DNA of 43,680 nucleotides from Deltaproteobacteria bacterium (GTDB lineage Bacteria; Myxococcota_A; UBA9160; SMWR01): NCBI GenBank assembly GCA_024640705.1, contig JAHEEJ010000001.1, positions 1 to 43,680 of the forward strand, read 5' to 3'. Shown piece by piece: positions 33,110 to 40,971 of this stretch (position 1 is its first letter; each line of letters starts with the position of its first letter). The notes under the pieces were generated by a model. It saw only the letters and a program-made list of their open reading frames with translations, ran no database searches and was not told where the DNA came from. The position numbers and the translations under genes were made by a program.

Positions 33110-34735
33110 GTGAAGCGAGCGGGTGCCGAAGTCCAAATCATCGTCGTGCGGTCCGTGGAATCCGCGGCAGTGGATCCGCTCTCGGCGCTACGGCGACTGG
33201 GTCCCGAAGCGCGAGTCGAAGTCCTGCACAGCGCCGCTGCCTGCCGTGCGCGATGTCGCGATGGATCGGTCGATCTGATCGTTGTGGAATCCGCCCTCGG
33301 TGCCGAATGCTGGGAACTGCTCGAGCAATTGAGCTCGGCGGGCCCGCCCGTGGTCGTCGTAAACCACGACAAGAGCGAGTACGCCGCGCTGGAAGCCTTC
33401 AAGAGGGGCGCCGCAGATTGCGTGGTGGCCGGGGAGGAATTCGCGGACGTACTCCCCGTGGTCGCGCTGGAACAGATTCAGCGCTGGCGAGCTGCGCGCG
33501 ACCAGGGTGTGGCGGAGCGCCGGATCCGCGACCTCGAGAGCTACAACCAGAACATCATCCAAAATCTCAACAGCGCATTGTTGGTCGTCGATCTGGACGG
33601 CCAGATCGTCTTTTCGAACCCACCCGCCGAAGAAATTCTCGGCGAGAGTGCGGGAGCACTTCGCGGGCGACCGATCTGGCCCTGGTTCGCGGGAGTCCCG
33701 AAGGACGAGATTCACGTCGCGCGGACGCTCGAAACGGGAGAGCGTTTCAAGGGCTTCGAGAGCACCCTCACACGAACCGACGGAACCGCGGTGCCGATCG
33801 GGATCTCGAGCGCTCCCGTATCCGATGGTGCCGGGAACAAGCTCGGGGCCGTCGCGGTGTTCTCGGATCTCACCGAGATCAAGTTGTTGCAGCGCAAGGT
33901 CCTGCAAACCGAAAAGATGGCGTCGATCGGGCAACTCGCCGCGGGTGTCGCGCACGAGATCAACAATCCGATGGGTTTCATTCACGCAAATCTCTTCCAG
34001 ATGGCCGAGTACATGACGGACCTGCACCGCGTCTGGGATGGCGTCGGCGCGCTGCAAAAAGCCGTGGAGGCAGGAGACCCTGCCGGCATCCGGCGCAGCT
34101 CGGACGAACTCACTGCGGTTTCCAAAGAGGTCAACATCGCCTTTGTGCTCTCGGACTTCGCAAAGGCGATTCGCGAATCACAGGAGGGCTCCGAACGGAT
34201 TCGCCACATCGTCAACGACCTGCGCGACTTCTCGCATCGCGACAGCGAACATCCGGCGTTGGCCGACGTCAACCAGTTCCTGGATTCGACGGCGAGCATC
34301 GTCTGGCCGATGATGAAACATCTCGTCGTGCTCGAGAAGGAGTACCGGGATCTTCCCAAGGTCCATTGCTACCCGATGCAGCTTCAGCAGGTATTCATGA
34401 ATTTGATGGTCAATGCCTATCAAGCCATCGAGCAGCGGATCGGGGACAGCGGCGAAGCCGGGACGATCTGGTTGCGGACGGAGCCCCGGGCGGGCGGTGT
34501 CGCAGTCATCGTGAAGGACACCGGGGTCGGCATCGCGCCCGAGAATCTGGATCGGATCTTCGATCCGTTCTTTACCACCAAGAAGGTGGGGATGGGCACG
34601 GGACTGGGTCTTTCGACCTGTTTCAACATCATCGAGCGGCACGGCGGTAGTCTCGTGGCCGAAAGCGAGCCCGGTGTCGAAACCGTGTTCACGGTATGGC
34701 TCCCAGGCGCGAATCCCGGTGGGGACGCGGATTGA
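33110..34735 (+). CDS. Soluble sensor histidine kinase: pseudo-receiver + PAS + HisKA + HATPase_c
   Basis: GTG at 33110, 8 nt after an AGGAG. PAS segment IIQNLNSALLVVDLDGQIVFSNPPAEEILG. H-box AAGVAHEINNPMGFI, N-box MNLMVNAYQAI, G1 VKDTGVGI, G2 GMGTGLGLS. No TM segment. Confidence 0.88.
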   Translation: MKRAGAEVQIIVVRSVESAAVDPLSALRRLGPEARVEVLHSAAACRARCRDGSVDLIVVESALGAECWELLEQLSSAGPPVVVVNHDKSEYAALEAFKRGAADCVVAGEEFADVLPVVALEQIQRWRAARDQGVAERRIRDLESYNQNIIQNLNSALLVVDLDGQIVFSNPPAEEILGESAGALRGRPIWPWFAGVPKDEIHVARTLETGERFKGFESTLTRTDGTAVPIGISSAPVSDGAGNKLGAVAVFSDLTEIKLLQRKVLQTEKMASIGQLAAGVAHEINNPMGFIHANLFQMAEYMTDLHRVWDGVGALQKAVEAGDPAGIRRSSDELTAVSKEVNIAFVLSDFAKAIRESQEGSERIRHIVNDLRDFSHRDSEHPALADVNQFLDSTASIVWPMMKHLVVLEKEYRDLPKVHCYPMQLQQVFMNLMVNAYQAIEQRIGDSGEAGTIWLRTEPRAGGVAVIVKDTGVGIAPENLDRIFDPFFTTKKVGMGTGLGLSTCFNIIERHGGSLVAESEPGVETVFTVWLPGANPGGDAD

Positions 34736-35187
34736 GGTCCGGCGTCGCGCACGAGCGGCCTACGCTCTTGATCGTCGATGACGAGGCCCAGATCCTGTCG
34801 GCATTGAAGCGCTCTCTCTACAGGGAGGGCTACGAGATCATCACTGTGGAGACTGCCGCAGCCGCGTTGCGCATCCTCGAGCAGCAACGCATCGATGTCA
34901 TTCTTTCCGATCACAAGATGCCGGGTATGAGTGGCGTGCAGTTGCTGGAGCGAGCGGCCGAGATGAGCCCGCACACCGTTCGAATGCTGATCACGGGTTG
35001 GACCGAGGAGATTCCGCCCGAAAGGCTTCGGGAGATCGGGATCTGCGCGTTGGTCACCAAGCCGTGGAATGACGCGATGCTCAAGTCGACCTTGCGCCAG
35101 GTGATGGGCGGGGAGCAGGCGCCTAATCCGCGGGAAGGCGACTCAGATATTCCAGGTCGGTCTTCTGACTATTCTTTGCGCCGATGA
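34732..35187 (+). CDS. Single-domain CheY-like response regulator
   Basis: LLIVDDEAQ, DVILSDHKMPGMSG, MLITGW, LVTKPW. TTG at 34732 overlaps the kinase TGA (TTGA). The alternative ATG at 34696 lacks an RBS. Confidence 0.8.
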   Translation: MRSGVAHERPTLLIVDDEAQILSALKRSLYREGYEIITVETAAAALRILEQQRIDVILSDHKMPGMSGVQLLERAAEMSPHTVRMLITGWTEEIPPERLREIGICALVTKPWNDAMLKSTLRQVMGGEQAPNPREGDSDIPGRSSDYSLRR

Positions 35188-36412
35188 GCAACAGGCGGTA
35201 GCGAAGGTTGCGACCGCGGCTGTAGTAGATGCGTCCCTTCCCGGCGAAACCGAGTTCGTAAATCGAGAGTTGCGGCGGTAGTCCGCCCACCTTGCGCCGG
35301 ATCGAGGCGAGTTCGGAGTCGTCTGCGAGACGCTTGATTCCCTCTTCGGCCTTGAGCTTCATGGTTTCGTCGCGCAGCGCGACCATGTCTTGAATCACGC
35401 GATCGTCGAACTCCACGGTCTTGTAGAGCGTGCGCAGTCGACGAGACAGCTGTTCGACCGCGCGCGTGCGGCTTCCGCTGCGGCCTTCGCCAGCATTCTT
35501 GGAGGCCGTCTTCAGACGCGCCTGAAGATCCTGGATCTCATCTTCCTTGCTGCTGAGGTCGTCGCTCGCTTCTTCGAGCAGTTCTTCGAGGGCCTGTCGC
35601 TCCTGGTCGAGTTCGATCGATCGCGCTGCGGACTGTCGCAGCTCGGCCTCTCGTTCCGCGAGATCGGAAAGCTTTCCGCGCAGGGCCAGTCGTTCGTGCT
35701 GGAGTTCGCGGATTGCCTCGGCTTGCGATCGCTCGGTGGGCTCGAGTTTGCCCAGGCGCTCGCGCACCTCTTTGAGTTCTTCCGCGATCTTTTCCGTGCG
35801 CCGCGCGGTTGCTTCTCGCGCGGTCAACGCGGATTCGAGCAGCCGACTGTCGCGCGCGGTGACCGCGCGGTTGTAGAAGAAGAGGGAGGTGATCAAGATC
35901 GCCCCATAGGCGAACAACATCGCAACGGCGAGATTTCCCGTGGGCGGAACCGAAACCTCGAGCGAGTAGCTGGCCGGCAGCAGTCGAACCGCCTCGGTCA
36001 TGCTCGCAACCGGGTCGAGCGTTTCCGGGGCTGGGATGAACCGGTCTTCGAGGTAGAGGGGGGTGATGCCATCGGCGCCGTAGACGTGGATGCTGACGCG
36101 CGCCTCCCCAACCTGGATCCACTGGGACGACGTCACCAACTCCTGGATCCGGAATTGGATCTGCGAAATGATCGGTCCGTCCGCAGGGCTGACGAGCAGC
36201 GCCCGCTCGATCTCGGCCGCGAAGTGGCGCTGGAGCATGATCTCGGTCAGGTCCAGGCTCACGACGTAGACCGCCGCGAAGGCGAAGATCGACAGGCCGA
36301 TGATCCGGAACGACCTCAGGCCTCCGAGGCTGGCCTCATCCGGCTCGGCGGCCGAGCTGGGTAATAAACCCGATTTTGCCGGTACCGTCTCCGCCATAGA
36401 TCCCCAGAGCAT
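35123..36412 (-). CDS. Bitopic/2-TM membrane protein with cytoplasmic coiled coil and C-terminal RelE/ParE/HigB-like domain
   Basis: TM1 FRIIGLSIFAFAAVYVVSL, ~110-aa extracytoplasmic segment, TM2 LAVAMLFAYGAILITSLFFY. About 150 aa of heptad-like E/R/L/A-rich sequence follows. The last 100 aa (35123-35425) read YKTVEFDDRVIQDM...YELGFAGKGRIYYSRGRNLRYRLLLIGAKNSQKTDLEYL. The start is uncertain: TTG 36466, ATG 36412 or ATG 36397. Confidence 0.65.
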   Translation of the reverse strand: MLWGSMAETVPAKSGLLPSSAAEPDEASLGGLRSFRIIGLSIFAFAAVYVVSLDLTEIMLQRHFAAEIERALLVSPADGPIISQIQFRIQELVTSSQWIQVGEARVSIHVYGADGITPLYLEDRFIPAPETLDPVASMTEAVRLLPASYSLEVSVPPTGNLAVAMLFAYGAILITSLFFYNRAVTARDSRLLESALTAREATARRTEKIAEELKEVRERLGKLEPTERSQAEAIRELQHERLALRGKLSDLAEREAELRQSAARSIELDQERQALEELLEEASDDLSSKEDEIQDLQARLKTASKNAGEGRSGSRTRAVEQLSRRLRTLYKTVEFDDRVIQDMVALRDETMKLKAEEGIKRLADDSELASIRRKVGGLPPQLSIYELGFAGKGRIYYSRGRNLRYRLLLIGAKNSQKTDLEYLSRLPAD

Positions 36413-36545
36413 ACCGTTCGAAGCCCCGCCCCCAAGGGCCCAGCCGATTCCGCCGGTTCGCGCCAAAAAAAGGAAATCAATCGCTTAGGGCCGCAGTTGC
36501 GGGAGTTCCAGCGGCCCGATGCGGCCAGGCTAGTATCCGCCCATC

Positions 36546-37349
36546 TTGAGAGTGGTGGATCTCGACCGCGATATGAGCGACGTCGTTCCGACGGGAACGA
36601 CCCGCGACAGCGAATACCTCTTCGCGCGGATGACCGGGCGCACGCTGGAGCTCGCCCGGCCGGGCCGCGGGACGCGCGTGCTGGACGTCGCCAGCGGCTT
36701 CGGCCAGGACGCGATGGCGCTCTCTCAGCGGGGCTCTTGGGCGGTCGGCGCCGAGCCGTCGCAGCGGATGTCGGGATTGGCCCGGCTGCAATCCGAGCAG
36801 GCCTCGGACCGGACGCCGGACTGGGTTCGCAGCTGGTCCGACGCGCTGCCGTTTCGAGACGCCAGCTTCGACGGGGTGATCTGCAAGGGCGCCCTCGACC
36901 ACTTCGACCGGCCGCTCGAGGCGATCGCCGAAATGGCGCGAGTGACGCGTTGCGAGGGACGCGTGGTGCTCGCGATCGCGAACTTCGAGTCGCTTTCTTG
37001 TCGCGTCGCCCGCGGCCTCGATCGTTTCAAAGAGACCTGGCTCGGGCGCCGGCTTCCACGGGGGCGGCGCCACTACGACGTCCCGAGCGATCACTTCACC
37101 CGCTACGAAATCGAGTTGATGCGCGAGCAGGCCCACGCGTCGCTGGAGCTCGACGTCGTCGAAGGGATTTCGATGGCGTGGGGAATGCCGGGCTGGTCGC
37201 GATCGGTAGACCGGCTTCCGCCTCCCGTCGCTCAGTCGACGCTGAATGGGCTGGATCGCATGGCGCGACTGCTGCCCGGGCTGTCCGATGTCGTGATCCT
37301 GGCGGGCCGACCCAGGCGGGTTCGAAAGTCTTCGATGATCTCCGCATAG
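36546..37349 (+). CDS. Class I SAM-dependent methyltransferase
   Basis: Motif I VLDVASGFGQDA, post-I/II FDGVICKGALDHF, RVVLAIANF. The start is uncertain (TTG 36546, ATG 36573). Confidence 0.8.
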   Translation: MRVVDLDRDMSDVVPTGTTRDSEYLFARMTGRTLELARPGRGTRVLDVASGFGQDAMALSQRGSWAVGAEPSQRMSGLARLQSEQASDRTPDWVRSWSDALPFRDASFDGVICKGALDHFDRPLEAIAEMARVTRCEGRVVLAIANFESLSCRVARGLDRFKETWLGRRLPRGRRHYDVPSDHFTRYEIELMREQAHASLELDVVEGISMAWGMPGWSRSVDRLPPPVAQSTLNGLDRMARLLPGLSDVVILAGRPRRVRKSSMISA

Positions 37350-38632
37350 GCTCCTGCGGTTGCGCGCGCGACCCGCGGCCATGCGAAGGCCTCGTTGACG
37401 CGAACGCTCCCGCGCTTGCCGAGCATGCTGCGAATTTCGGGTCGCGCCATTAGATCCGCGATCGCGCTGGCGAGCGCGTCGGGCTCGTCCGGCGGCACGA
37501 GCACGCCTCCGCCGGCTGCGCCGACCACTTCCGTCAGCGCGCCCGCCGCGCAGGCGACCACCGGAGTTCCGCACGCCATCGCCTCGACCGCGGGCAGTCC
37601 GAACCCCTCGTATCGGGAAGGCACGACCACGAGCGAAGCGCGCCGGTAGCGTCGGACGAGTTCGCCATTGTCGATTCGGCCCGTGATCTGGAGCCGGTCC
37701 GCGCAGCCGAGCCGCGCCGCCAGTTTGCGCGCGGGGCTGTCCGGGTGATCGTCGTCGACGAGGGTGAGCCGCAGGGGGTGCGGAAGCCTCGCGAGCGCTT
37801 CGATCAGATTCCCAATGCCCTTGTTGGGATCGGAAGCTCGGCCCACGCAGAGGATTTCGTTGGCGTCCCGCTCGACTCCGGGCGAGGGCTGAAATAGTTC
37901 TGTGTCCACTCCGTTGGCGACCATCCGGATCCGCTCGCGCGGGATGCGAAAGTCCTGGCGGATCACACGGGCGCTTTCTGCCGAGGACGTGAAGAGGCCG
38001 TCGAGCCTCCGCGCGACGAATCCCTGCATCGCGACCGGGTAGAAGGTCATCGTCCCGATGGCCGCCCGAAGACTCTCGTCGCGCGCGAACGATGCGCGTC
38101 GGTCGACCGTCAACGGGTGGTGGACCGTGGTCACGACCGGAACGCCGAGCTTTCGAATCCCGAGAATTCCGTAACCCAGACACTGGACGTCGTGGACGAT
38201 GTCGTAGTGGGTTCCCGTTCGCAGGCGGTTCGCCACTTCGCGAAGCGCACGCAGGCTGAACGCCAGCGGCTCCGGCAGGAAGCCCAGATAGCTCGCGGCG
38301 AGTTCGTAGAAGTTCAGCGGTTCGAAGATGCGCAGCGGGCGCGGCTGGGGGATGAAGTGGCGGCGCTCCTTGAGGAACCACTTGCCCCAGAATTGCTCGT
38401 TGGGCAGCGCGGTCACGCGGTTCACAAACGGCATCGCATCCGGGTATGGGGGGCCTACGAGCACATCGACCTGGTGGCCGAGGCGGGCGAGTTCGCGGGC
38501 GAGAAACCAGAGGTACACCCCCTGACCCCCGCAGTGCATGTTTCCGCGGTAGGCGACGAAGCAGATCCGAAGCGGCGATCCGGGCGGGAGGCCCGAGTCT
38601 TCGTCCGAGCGGTTGGATTGCGCGCGGGGCAT
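37232..38632 (-). CDS. Glycosyltransferase family 4 (GT-B fold), paralogue 1
   Basis: N-terminus LRICFVAYRGNMHCGGQGVYLWFLARELARLGH. EX7E region VVPSRYEGFGLPAVEAMACGTPVVA. The ATG lies 1 nt after the upstream methyltransferase TGA. Confidence 0.85.
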   Translation of the reverse strand: MPRAQSNRSDEDSGLPPGSPLRICFVAYRGNMHCGGQGVYLWFLARELARLGHQVDVLVGPPYPDAMPFVNRVTALPNEQFWGKWFLKERRHFIPQPRPLRIFEPLNFYELAASYLGFLPEPLAFSLRALREVANRLRTGTHYDIVHDVQCLGYGILGIRKLGVPVVTTVHHPLTVDRRASFARDESLRAAIGTMTFYPVAMQGFVARRLDGLFTSSAESARVIRQDFRIPRERIRMVANGVDTELFQPSPGVERDANEILCVGRASDPNKGIGNLIEALARLPHPLRLTLVDDDHPDSPARKLAARLGCADRLQITGRIDNGELVRRYRRASLVVVPSRYEGFGLPAVEAMACGTPVVACAAGALTEVVGAAGGGVLVPPDEPDALASAIADLMARPEIRSMLGKRGSVRVNEAFAWPRVARATAGAYAEIIEDFRTRLGRPARITTSDSPGSSRAMRSSPFSVD

Positions 38633-38633
38633 G

Positions 38634-39356
38634 TCAGTAGGCCAGACTCGAGCCGGAGCGTCGCTTTTCAGCGTAGAGGATCAAGCTCTTCGGAAAGCAG
38701 TAGTTCAGCACTCCCTCCAGCCGCGTGAGAAAGCGCGATTGGGTGGCGAGCAGCAAGAAGCGTCGGTAGAGCTGCACGAGCGCGTTTTCGTCCGCGCGCG
38801 GCAAGCCCGCGATGGAGCGGAGCACCCAATAAGGTGTGTGCAGCGCGTGCGCGAATCCGACACCGATCGTCGCCAGGCCGGCGTCCGCCAAACCGAGTGC
38901 GAGCTGTCGCGGCTGAAAAATCCGGATGTGACCACCCGGAGACTCGAAGTAATCGTCGCCCACGCGCAGATAGAGGCTTTCGCTCGTGGCGGTCGGGATC
39001 GTGATTGCCAGGCAACCACCGGGCTTGGTGACCCGCGCCAGCTCGCGGGCGGCTCCCCGGTAATCGTGGACGTGCTCCATCACCTCGGAACAGATGACCT
39101 TGTCGAAGGTTCCGTCCGCAAACGGAAGCTGAAGGGCGTTGCCTTGAATCAGCGCGCCCAGGCGATCGCATTCGGAAGCGCGCTGTTTCAGGTTGCGAGC
39201 GCTGGCCTTGAGGGAGGCGAGATCGAGGTCGAGCCCGACGACGTGAGCGCCGCGCTCGAGGGCGCCAAAGCAGTGCCGCCCTTCGCCGCAACCGGCGTCG
39301 AGAAGCTTCTCGCCAGAGCGAACCCTAAGTCGCTCGAGATCGACGGTGAGCAGCAC
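38634..39356 (-). CDS. Class I SAM-dependent methyltransferase with helical C-terminal extension
   Basis: Motif I LLDAGCGEGRH, FDKVICSEVMEHV, GGCLAITIP. GTG at 39356 with a GAGGAAA RBS, overlapping the upstream GT gene by 32 nt. The longer track ORF N-terminus is not methyltransferase-like. Confidence 0.8.
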   Translation of the reverse strand: MLLTVDLERLRVRSGEKLLDAGCGEGRHCFGALERGAHVVGLDLDLASLKASARNLKQRASECDRLGALIQGNALQLPFADGTFDKVICSEVMEHVHDYRGAARELARVTKPGGCLAITIPTATSESLYLRVGDDYFESPGGHIRIFQPRQLALGLADAGLATIGVGFAHALHTPYWVLRSIAGLPRADENALVQLYRRFLLLATQSRFLTRLEGVLNYCFPKSLILYAEKRRSGSSLAY

Positions 39357-40584
39357 GAATCGTTTCCTCGAATACAGCAGTGAGTTCTGCGGCGGTCTCG
39401 CTCCAGCGAAATGCGTGCTGGATCCGTCGACGTGCGTTGCGGCCCATCCGATCCGCACGACCGGGCTCGGACAAGATATCGGAGATCGCTCCCGCCATGG
39501 CGCGCGCGTCTCGCGGCGGGACCAGACAGCCGGCCTCGCCATCGCTGCCCACGACTTCCGGCAGCGCCCCGACCGCGTTGGCGACCACCGGCAACCCGCA
39601 GGCCATCGCCTCGCTGGCCGGAAAGCCGAACCCCTCGAAGAAGGACGGGACCAGCGCGATTCGTGCGCTCGAATACTGTTCGACGAGTTCGCCGACTTCG
39701 AGCATCCGATCGACGATGACCACGCGCCGCTCGAGTCCGTAGCGGCGGATCATTCGGGGCACCAGGCCGTCCTCCGGAATCCGCCCGTCGATGATCTTCA
39801 ACTGCACGCGGTCGGGCAGCAGTGTGAGCGCCTCGAGCATGGTGCCGATGCCCTTCTTGCGGTCTTCGGTTCGCCCGACGAAGAGCAGGTCCTGCTCTTT
39901 TGCGATGCCATCGATCGGCCGGAACGTCTCGGTATCGGTTCCGTTGTAGACCACGGAGATTTCTTTCTCGGGGATGCCGAAGTAGCGCTCGATCGCCGAT
40001 CGCGACGCCTGGCTGACGGTGACGATCTTGTCGAGTCGCGGCGCAACGCGCTGCTGCATCCAGAGCGGGAAGTAGAGCGTTCGTTTGATCCGCTTCCGCA
40101 GGCGCCGATCGATTGCAAAATCCGCTTCGCGGTCGATGTGGAGCGGGTGATGGATCACCGAGACCACGGGGACCCCCATGGCGCGGATGCCGAGCAGGCC
40201 CCAGCTCAGACATTGGTTGTCGAAGACGACGTCGAAGCGATGGCGCCGCTGGATCCGGGGCCAGCGCAACATCAAGCGCAGCCCGAAAGTGTGCATTTCC
40301 GGGAACACGCCGAAGCGCGAGACGCCGAGCTCCCAAAGGCTCAGCGGTTTGAAGAGTGAGAACGGAGACCCGGGGTCGAAGAAGTCGGGGTGTTCCTGGC
40401 CGAAGACATTGTCGTTCGGAATCTCGTGGAGCGGAATCCCGGGAGCGAGTTCCGGCAGCGGCGGACCCGCAAAGACATGCACATCGTGGCCGGCGCGTTT
40501 CCACTCACGCGCGAGTGCGGCAGCGTAGATCCCCTGACCGCCGCAGTACATATTTCCGCGATAAGTGAGCAGCGCGATGCGCAC
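39325..40584 (-). CDS. Glycosyltransferase family 4 (GT-B fold), paralogue 2
   Basis: N-terminus MRIALLTYRGNMYCGGQGIYAAALAREWKRAGH. EX7E region LVPSFFEGFGFPASEAMACGLPVVA. Collinear with paralogue 1 over most of its length. GTG start. Confidence 0.85.
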   Translation of the reverse strand: MRIALLTYRGNMYCGGQGIYAAALAREWKRAGHDVHVFAGPPLPELAPGIPLHEIPNDNVFGQEHPDFFDPGSPFSLFKPLSLWELGVSRFGVFPEMHTFGLRLMLRWPRIQRRHRFDVVFDNQCLSWGLLGIRAMGVPVVSVIHHPLHIDREADFAIDRRLRKRIKRTLYFPLWMQQRVAPRLDKIVTVSQASRSAIERYFGIPEKEISVVYNGTDTETFRPIDGIAKEQDLLFVGRTEDRKKGIGTMLEALTLLPDRVQLKIIDGRIPEDGLVPRMIRRYGLERRVVIVDRMLEVGELVEQYSSARIALVPSFFEGFGFPASEAMACGLPVVANAVGALPEVVGSDGEAGCLVPPRDARAMAGAISDILSEPGRADRMGRNARRRIQHAFRWSETAAELTAVFEETIRAAHRRSRAT

Positions 40585-40590
40585 GGCCGC

Positions 40591-40848
40591 TCAGTGGGAC
40601 GTGTCGTGCGAGGGGCTGCTCGGATCGCTGGTTGCGGGCGGTTCGAATTCGTCCACGGGTTCGACCTGGATCGTTGCGATCGTATAACCGACCCAGAAGG
40701 TCAGGCCGAGCGCGAAGAAGACGATGGCCGCCACCGGAATGGCAATCGCCCAGTAACTCTGCTGGAGCAGGGCGAGCAGGAACCAGGCCCCGAGGATGGC
40801 GACAGCGATACAGATCAGACCACCCTGGGCCCGAGACGAATCCTTCAT
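40591..40848 (-). CDS. Small (85 aa) two-TM membrane protein with acidic/Pro/Ser tail, first gene of the GT/MT operon
   Basis: ATG with a GGAGA RBS 7 nt upstream. Hydrophobic spans LICIAVAILGAWFLLALL and AIAIPVAAIVFFALGLTFWVGY. Ends 6 nt before the GT4 start. Confidence 0.6.
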   Translation of the reverse strand: MKDSSRAQGGLICIAVAILGAWFLLALLQQSYWAIAIPVAAIVFFALGLTFWVGYTIATIQVEPVDEFEPPATSDPSSPSHDTSH

Positions 40849-40971
40849 GCGTGGATCTCCGCTTCGAGGTGAAAAATCTTACCCCCCAAGCAGGGGGCAT
40901 GGACGGCCGAATGATTTCGGCAATCGCGCTGGCTGTTAAATAGCAGGCTGCGAACGAGGTAAGCTCGCCAA

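Noticed and set aside
35123-35425. RelE/ParE-like segment interpreted as a classical type II toxin-antitoxin locus
   Set aside because: There is no separate small toxin ORF and no adjacent antitoxin-sized gene on either side. The domain is in frame with, and continuous from, the upstream coiled coil. It is reported instead as an unusual fusion.
36477-40504. Long minus-strand ORFs 36477-38381 and 39188-40504 (634 and 438 aa), in alternative frames over the methyltransferase and GT genes
   Set aside because: They are Arg/Pro-rich nonsense translations that overlap genes with clear SAM-binding and EX7E motifs in other frames or on the other strand. They are GC artefacts.
40930-40945. Sigma-54-like element TGGCTGTTAAATAGCA upstream of anmK
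   Set aside because: The GG-N10-GC spacing is right, but there are three mismatches in the conserved positions. It lies only ~27 nt from the ATG, and there is no biological precedent I know of for sigma-54 control of anmK. Too weak to call.
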